Below, piece by piece: positions 45,283-54,200 of a stretch of 62,370 bases of DNA (the stretch's first letter is position 1; each line of letters opens with the position of its first letter). Both the position numbers and the translations under genes were made by a program. This DNA comes from Deltaproteobacteria bacterium (GTDB lineage: Bacteria > Myxococcota_A > Polyangia > JAAYKL01), in assembly GCA_030621515.1 (NCBI GenBank), contig JAUXHN010000001.1, forward strand, positions 1 through 62,370, given 5' to 3'. The notes under the pieces are model-generated. The model saw only the letters and a list, made by a program, of their open reading frames with translations, had not been told where the DNA came from and searched no databases.

Positions 45283-48200
45283 CTATGTTCCGATCACTAT
45301 TCCGAGTGTCTCGCGAAGCTTGAAGTACTGCTCGGAGATGCTGAACAGGACCAGTTCCTTGATCTTCTCCTTGGCCGGAATCTCCTCCACTCCACCCGTC
45401 TCCGCCTGGATCATCTTTGCGGCCGTCTCCAGATCGTTTGCCAGCAGGAACCCTGCGCGACAAGCGGTTATCTCCACGGTCTTGATCCAGACCTTCAAAT
45501 CCGCCTGTTCACCTGAGTTGATGAACTTTTTGACGATCTTGGACAGATTCTCCGTTTCCATCGGGTTGAGGTTCTGACGAAGCGCCTGAACGTACTGGGC
45601 CAGAGATCCAGACTTGTCCTTGGGCAATTTGAAGTCCGGCTGGCCGATCTTCATGGCCGCGAGCAGGAGGTTCTTGAGCTCACCGCGGGTCGGGAGGACC
45701 CAGCGAATGTAATGCTCAGGCCGGTAGTAAGCCAGATGCTTTGTGACCATGAACAACAGATCCTGCGGCGAGTACCCGGACAGCAGGCTCGCCCCACAAG
45801 CCGACGCCATGGGATCCGTAACCGCGAAGTTGAGCCCGCCCGGCTTGTCGTCCTGGATATACAGGTCCGGCACTACCGGGATGTTCATGACCTGGGCCGC
45901 GTAGAAGAAGGTCTTCGAGAAAGTCAGGGTATCATTTACCGGTCGCTTCTGGTTCTTCTTGAGCCCAAACGCCTTGATGGGCTGAACCTTTATAGTGCGC
46001 ACCGACCTGGTGACCAATTCGAAGATCTTGCCGATGTAAACGGATTCTTCCTTGTGGAATAAATCCTTGATCCATCGCTCGTTGTCGAGCCTCGCCTGGG
46101 CCCTGACACTGCCCCTTGTGCGATACTGCTCGAAGAACTGCTGCTCCTCGGTGTCGGCCTTCTTGAGGAAGGCCAGGGTTGAGCACAGGCACCAGGCCTT
46201 GTCGTACTGGCGATGATCGAAATAGAGCTTCCGAAGCGCCTTGTAGGAATCGACCCGGTAGGGGTTTTTGTTGATCAGGGCCTGGTGCTCGGCAATGGCG
46301 TCGTCGAGCTTGTCGGGCATTTTCATGTAGAGCTCGGCCAGGATCTCGTGTCGCATCATGTTGTCCGGATCAAGGCCGGCCGCCATCTTGAACGCCTCGG
46401 CCGCCGCCTCCAATTGCCCCATCCTTGTACGGTAGATCTCACCGAGGAAGTGCCATAGGTTGATCTCGAGTTCCTGCTTGTCACCTCCGCCAACGCGATG
46501 GAGCATCTTGCGGTAGTTGCGCTCCAGGTTCTTCCAGTCCTTTTTCTGGGTGAGTATTCTGTCGATGGCCTCGAAGGCCTTCAGGTTCTCCAGACTCGCG
46601 TCCAGCGATCTGTTAAAGAAATCCACCGCGTCCTCGGCGCTCTTGATCTCGTCGCGGTAGATGACCGCCATGGAATAGAAGAGCCGACCGAGCTTGATAT
46701 CATCCTGCTCCATATCCGTGACCTTCAGGATGATCTCCACGACCTTCTGCCACTGCTTGGTGGTCTGGTAGAGTGGAAGCATCTTGTGAAGCACCGGCCT
46801 GTTTTCCGGTTTCAACTCCGAGGCCTCGGCATACGAAGAGATAGCCTTCTGTGGATTCTTCAACCTCTCCTGCCAGATATCGCCAATGTCCACCATGAGA
46901 TCGAATTTGTGGTCGTCGCTCTGCACCGCATCGATGAGTATCTTCTTGAAATGAATCACCTGCTCGAAGTTCTTCTGCTCCGCGTGTAGGCCGATAACCT
47001 CCTCGAGCGTGGGCTCATGAGATGGATCGATCTCGAGCGCCTTGTCGAACATGTTGAGCGCCTTGCGGCGTTCTTTTATCTGCGCCTTGATGTGTCCAAG
47101 CCTGTAGAAGATATTGACGATCTCTTCCTTGCCCTGGTCGTCCCTGTGATGGACGAGCACCATCTGGTAGAGCTTGAACGTCTTGTCCCAATCCTCCATC
47201 CGATAAAGAATATCAGCCAGCCCGAGCAAGGTTGGCAGGTGCGATGTATCCATGTCGTAGGCTGACTGGTAGGCCTTGAGGGACTTCTCCAGGTTGCCTC
47301 TCCGGTCCGCCACCATTCCGAGCCTGCGCTGGAGCGGTTGCATCTCGGATGATTCGCGCTTGCCGCCCAACCTTACCAACATATCCAGCATCAACTCCGC
47401 GTCTTCCCATCTCTCCTGTTTGATGTAGACATCCACCAGAGGCTCCGCCGCCTCCTGGTTATCCGGATCGGATTGCAGTGATCGCTCGAACCATTCGATG
47501 CCCGCGTCCTCTTCGCCCAGCTTGTTCCGGGTAAGATCTCCCAGTATGAACTGGAGCTTGGACTTGGCGCGATCGTTCTCGGTAAATTCCTGTTCGGCCT
47601 CCAGCACTCTGGCCGCCGCGAGCCACTCTCCATCGTCGATATGGATATTCCTCAGGGACTCGAGACACGGCAGGTGGCCGGAGTCGATATCCAGCGCCGA
47701 TCTGAAATGCTCGACGGCGCTTACGCGATCCATGAGGTTTTCCGCGTTCAACTTGCCGAGGCGGTAATACAGATCCACTTTCCGATCCGGCTCCACGACC
47801 GTCTGGGCCAGCCGATGCAAGGTATCGTGAGCCGCAGACCAATCTTCGGTCAAGGTCTGCAGTTTAGCCAGCTCGTCGAGCGCGGACTCGTGCTCCGGCT
47901 CGATATCCAGGATCTCCTTGTAGGCGTCCATCGCGTGATCCATATCCTCCAGCTCGGAGAAATAGGTCTTGCCGATGACCTCGTAGAGAACCACGCGCGC
48001 TTCCCTGTCGTGAATGGTTTCCACGTGCCGTTCGAGTGTTCCTATCAGATCCTGCCAGCGACCCGTCTGCCTGTACAGGCGTTCGAGAGCCTGCAATGCG
48101 CTCTCATGGCTCGGATCGATATCGAGAATCTCTTCCAGACGCTCGACGGCCTTATCCAGGTTCACGAACTCCTCTTCGAGCATCGCTGCAATTCGAGTGA

Positions 48201-51200
48201 GCAGATCTATGCGTTCGCGTTCGCTGCCTGCATATTCCAGCTGCAACTCCAGTATATCGAGCAGGTCCGGCCAGGATTCGATCTTGGAGAACAACCGCTC
48301 CAATCCCTTGAGTGAAGGCAGGTTGCTCTGATCGATCTCCAGGCTCTTGCGATATTCCTCGATGGCCGCGTTGGTATCGTTGAGGTTGTCCTCCTGGATC
48401 TCGGCGACCCGCAGATGAGTTGCCACGATGGCTTCAGGATCCTCCAGCACATCTATCTTGCGCCTCAGGATCGGTATGAGCTCCCGCCAGTTCCTGGCGG
48501 CCCCGAAAATCCTCTCCAACGCGATAAGCGCCGGCTCCAGGCTCGGGTCGATATCCAGCGCCTTCTTGTAGGCTTGCCTGGCCTCCGGCAAATCATCCAG
48601 GTATTCCTCGAAGATCTGACCCAACTCAACGAGTATGCCCTTCTTGCCCTCGTCATCCTGCTCGGATTCGATGGCTCGTTTCAGAACCTCCACCAGCTCC
48701 GCCCACTGTTTGGTCCCACGATAGAGCTCTCCCATGAGCTTCAGCGCCGCAACGTTGTCCGACTCGAGCTGCAGCACCTGCTGGTAATATGCTATCGCGT
48801 ACTCTGGATGACCCAACTCGTCTGCGTACCACTTGCCGATCTTGAGACACAGGTTGATCTGGGTGGGCTTGTCGTCCATGGACTGAAGCACCTGGTTGCA
48901 CGACGCGAGCAGATCGTTCCACTTGTCCGTAACCGAAGCCAGCCGCTCCAGGTGTTTTGCCGTCTCGTCATTGGAATAGTCGGTTGTGAAAGCGCGCTGC
49001 ATGACCTCGAAAGCGTTTTCAGTCTGGTCCAACTTGTCTTCATAAATAGCGGCCGCCTTGTGAAGTAACACCACCTCGTCCGCCGGCTCCGCCACGTAAT
49101 TGAGACGGGTGGAGTACATCTTGATGAGCTCCTCCCAGGTCTCCTCCTCGGTCATTATTTCGACCATGCGGTCGAAGGCATGCTCATGCAGCGGCGACAT
49201 CTCCAGGATGCGCGCATACGGCCCCTTGGCCCGCAGCGGCTCGACAAGCTTCTCCTCGATGGCGAGCGCCTGTCCGAGCCAGGTACCCACCTGCTCGTCT
49301 CCCTCGAGCAACCCGCCCTTTCGCCCGAGCACTTCTACGTACTCCTCCCACATGGCCTGCTCTTCGTAGAGCTTTTCCAACGCAATTGTGGGATTGATGT
49401 CCACCGGATCCACATCGGCGGCCTTTACCCATGCGTCGATGGCGTCCATGGGTCGCTCGAGCGTATCCGAAAAGATAGTCCCCATCTTGGAGTAATATTC
49501 TTTAATCTGCTCTGCCTCGAACTGGGCAGCGCCAGCCTCTATCACTCTATCGAGGATCTCGATGAGATCCTCCCACTCCTGGTTGGCCTCGTGGATCTTC
49601 GCGATGGCCTGCAAGGCGCTGATGTTGTCCGGATCGATGCTCAAAACATTCTGCCAGTTGTCTATGGCGTTGTGATCTCTCTCAAGACACTCACCCCACA
49701 CCAGACCAAGTTGGCTGTATAGTTTGACCCGGGTCTCGTCTTCATCGGCGATGGTGACCGCGCGTTCCAGCACGTCGACCAGTTCACTCCAGTTTTCCTC
49801 CCTCGAGTAAAGGTCGGCCAGAGCTCCGAGGGCCATGCCGTCCTCACCGAGGATATCGAGCACATTGCTCCACAGCTCCACCGACTTTGCGATGTTACCA
49901 AGACAATCGGAGGAGATGGTGGCCATCTTGGCAAAGAGATCGGCCTGGGCGGCTTCACTCTCGACCGCGTCCTTCATCTTCTCATATATGGTGTACAGTT
50001 CCGCCCATGCCTCCCTGTCGGCATAGATCATCTCCAGGTGATCGAGGGACTCCCTGTGTCCCGGGTCCAGATTGTCGATAATGCGATGGTAGGCGACCCT
50101 GGCCTTCTCGAACTCGTCAAGCTGTGACTCGTACACATTGCCCATCCGATGAATGTATGCAACCTGCTCTTCCTCTGAAGACACAGTATTGGCGAGCATT
50201 TCCAGGATATCGACCAGGCGTTCCCACTCCATGTACTGGGTGTAGATCCGATCGAGTGCGGAGAGGACCTCCCTGTCGTCTCCGCCCAGCTGCAGGCATC
50301 CGCGGTAGGCCTGCTCTGCCCTGGCGGCGTCGTGAAGCTCCTCCTCGGCGACCCGCGCGAGCTTCTTGGCCACGAAACGCTTGACCTGAACGTCTTCCTT
50401 CTTGGTGAACAGATCCTGGTAGAGATCCGCGAGTTCTGTCCAGGCGTCGGAGCTTCCCGCGAGCCTCTCCACCTCTTCGCCGGAATGCTCGTTGAACGGA
50501 TCCTCTGAACAGGCACGACAGTACCAGTTGAAGGCTTCGACACCATCCAGCAGACGCTCCTCGTACAGCTCGGCAATGCGGTGCATCAAGGATACGCGTT
50601 CCTCCACCTCCTCTATGTCCTCGAGTTGTTGCCCGTGCAGATTGACCAGTTTCTCCCACTCCGCATTCATGCGGCACAGGGGCTCCAGAATTTCCGCTAT
50701 CTCTCCCCTCCTCTCACCCTCTGCGAACAGAAGTTCCAGCGCGGCTACGGACTGATCATGGGCCGGCTCGGCCGCCAGGATATCCCTGTAGGTTTCAACC
50801 GCCTTCTCGACGTTCTCCAGGTCCTGCTGGTAGAGTCGACCCAACCGGAACTGCACACCGAGGCTCTCCTCGGGATCCTCCATGATAAGCGCTTCCTTCT
50901 GAAGCGTGGAAGCGAGATCCTCCCAGCGTTCGGCTATCTGGAACAGCTTGTCCAGGCGGAGGATCGCCTCGCGGTTCTCCACATCGAACTCGAGAACCTT
51001 CTGGAACCTGATAATGGCGTCATCCGGACGGTCCAGTTTATCCTCGTAAATCGCGGCAACCCTGGACCCGATCGTCACGGCGTTCTCGGCCTCGACAACA
51101 TCCACGAGCTGCTGATCGAACAGGTTCGCCAGATCCTCCCACCTTCCGGTCTGGTCGGCGATATCATCCAACCTCTCGAGCGTCTTCTCGTTGACATTAT

Positions 51201-54200
51201 CCACCGCCAGCGCCCTCGCGTAGATGTCAAAAGCCTCGTTGGGAACGTCCAGGTGTAGATCGCTCTCCAGGAACTCCGCTATCTGGTGGAGGATCTCCAC
51301 CCTCTGCCAGTTATCCTCCGTGACCATGAGCTTGACCTCGAGCACACCGATAAGCTTTCGCCACTCGGCCAGATCCTGGTAGATGGGCTCGAGCACCTCG
51401 ACTGCGAGCAACTGCTCATCCTCGCCTGCCACCAGTTCCTCGAGTATGGTTATCGATGGCTCGTGCTGCGGCGAGATCGTCAAAATATCCTTGATATACT
51501 CCACGGCTCGCGGGATATCCTCCAGGTGTTGGACATAAAGCTCACCGATACGATACTTGTACGAAATAGCCTCGTCCGGATCCCCCGTGAGTTCCACCTC
51601 GCGCTCCAGAACAGACAGCAGGTCGTGCCACTCCTCGGTTTCCGTGAACAGAACGTCGAGCCTCTGTATTGCCTGGAAATCATCCGGGTCGAACTCGATT
51701 ATCCTCTGATAGGTTTCGATGGCCTTCCGAATGTCGCTCATCTCGCCCTCGTACATGGCGCCGAGGATGTACAACACTTCCTTCTTCTCCTCGGGAGTCG
51801 AGACAAGATCCACCTTGCGATTGTAAATCCCCTGAAGATCGTCCCAGCGCTCCAACCTCAAGTAGAGGCCCTCGAGCTGCGCGATGGCGTTTAGATCATC
51901 CTCGTCGATATCGAGGATCCGCATGTAGACGCTGATGGCCTGATCCGTGTTTTCGATAATCTCTTCATAGATCTGGCTGGCCTTGAACAGTAACCCCTTC
52001 TGCTCCTCGAGATCGGTGACCATCTCTACTTTTTTGAGATAGATGTTCGCCAACTCGGGATAGTTCTCGGTTACCTGGTAAGCACCCTCGAGCGACGTGG
52101 CCGCTTCGATGTGCATCGGATCAATGGCGAGCACCTCCCTATAGTGCTCGATCGCCTTGTCCACATTTTGCAGTTGCTCCTCGCAGATGACGGCGATCTT
52201 CAGGTGGTAGTCGGCAGCCAGGTCCATGTTGTCCATGCCTTCGATCGTGGACGCGTAAATGACGACCAGATCGTCATACAACACCAGCACGCGCGCCAAT
52301 CGATCGAGTTCTTCTCTTGTTCGCTCCTCGGACGGATCCTGCGCCAGGGCCCGGCCCAGAGTCTTGAACGCCTTCTCCGGCTCGTCGCCGGCTGTCTCGT
52401 ATAGCCCCGCTATCTCGTGCAGGAGATCGACCTTCCGGGCGATGGTCTCCTCCTCAGCGATCATTATCTCAAAAACCCCTATGAGTTTCTCCCACACTCC
52501 GAGAGTGCGATAGATCGGCTCGAGAATCTCGGCGACCTCTTTGCGGAACTCCTGCACCTCTATGATTCGCTCGAGGGCATCGATCGCCGGCTGGTTCTGC
52601 GGATCCATTTCGATGATCTCGCGGTATATCTCGACAGCCGCATGCAACTCATCGAGCCGTGTTTCCCTGAGTCCAGCCAGGCGAAGCTTGAGATCCACAA
52701 TCCTGTCCGGATCTCCCTCGAGGCCGAGCTGTTGCTGAAGGTTGTCCGCCAGGTCGGTCCATTTTTCCAGTTGAACGTAGAGCTTGTCCAGATCCTGCAG
52801 CGCGTTCGAGTTGGACGGGTCGATGTTGAGGATCTCCTTGAGACAACCCACCGCATCCTCGGGCCGCTCGAGCATCTCCTCGAAGATCATCGACATGTGA
52901 CGAAAGATCTGTTCCTTCTCAGTCGCGTCCACGGTCGCCTCGACCTTGCTCCTGAGCACCTCTATCAGCTCGGGCCATTTCTCCGTCCTCGAATAGATCT
53001 GCTCGAGGGCTGCGATGGCCTCGGCATTTTGCTGATCCAGATTCAGGGCGGCGTTGTACGCGGCGATCGCATTGTCGACGTTCTCGAGCTGGGTGTCGTG
53101 AATCCTGGCAGCCCTCAGCCACAGGTCTTTCCCGACTTCAGGATCTTCTGCATTTTGCCCGCCTTCTTCGAGAAGAACTACGAGATCGTTCCAGGAATCG
53201 AGGATCGCGGTGATCTCCTCCATCTGTTCCAGCGCTTCTTTCTGCTCCGGGTTGATCTTGAATGCGCGACTGTACGCCACAAAGGAGCGCTCCGGAGAGC
53301 CTATACGCTGGGAGAAGATCGTTCCCTTCTTCATGAGATAATCGATCTTTTCAAAATCATCATCCGAATGTTGAAACAGAATTTCTATCGATTTGATCAA
53401 ATCCTCCCAATCCTCTGCCTCCTCGTACAACGGAGAAAGGACCGAGGCAGCTTCCGCCTGCTGCGACTCGTCCTCGAGTAGACCCTCGAGGGCGGCTATC
53501 GACATCTCATGATCGATTTTGACGGCCAGAACTTCCCTGTAGCAATTGAGCGCCCGAGCCTTGTCACCGAGATGCACTTCGAGAACCTGTCCCAGGCGGA
53601 ACTTGAGATCCAGCTCGTCGTCTTCCCCCATGACGCCCTGTTCCAGCTCCCGATCTATGATCCCGGACAGATCCTCCCAGCGTTCCTCTTTTGTGAAAAG
53701 ACGATCCAGGGCAGCGAGAACCTTGGGCTCGTCGCCGGCCATCTCTATTATCTTGTTGTAAACATTTATGGCCTTGTCCGAATCACCTATTTCCTCTTCC
53801 CACAGAAGCGCCTGGTTGTAGAAAATCTCTTTCTTCTCTTCATCGTCCTCCGCCATCTCTATGCGCTTGGCATATATTTCAAGAAGCTCCTCGTACCTGC
53901 CCATCTGGGCGAAAATCTTCTCGAGAGCCCAGACGGCGCGTGGGTTCTTGGGATCCTCCAGAAGGATGGAGTCGTAATGACTGAGGGCATCCTCCGGTCT
54001 TCCGACCTCCTCGTTCAGAACTCGAGCAAGCCTGAGGCGCATCTCGAACTTATCGCTGTCTTCAACGCTGATAAAAGCCTTCCCGTACGCCTCGACGACC
54101 TCTTCCCAACGGCCGGCCTTCCCGGCGGATCTCTCCAGATCATCCTGGGTTATAGAATCCGCGGGCATCTGCTCGAAGGCTTTGAGGAAGCCCTCGAAGG

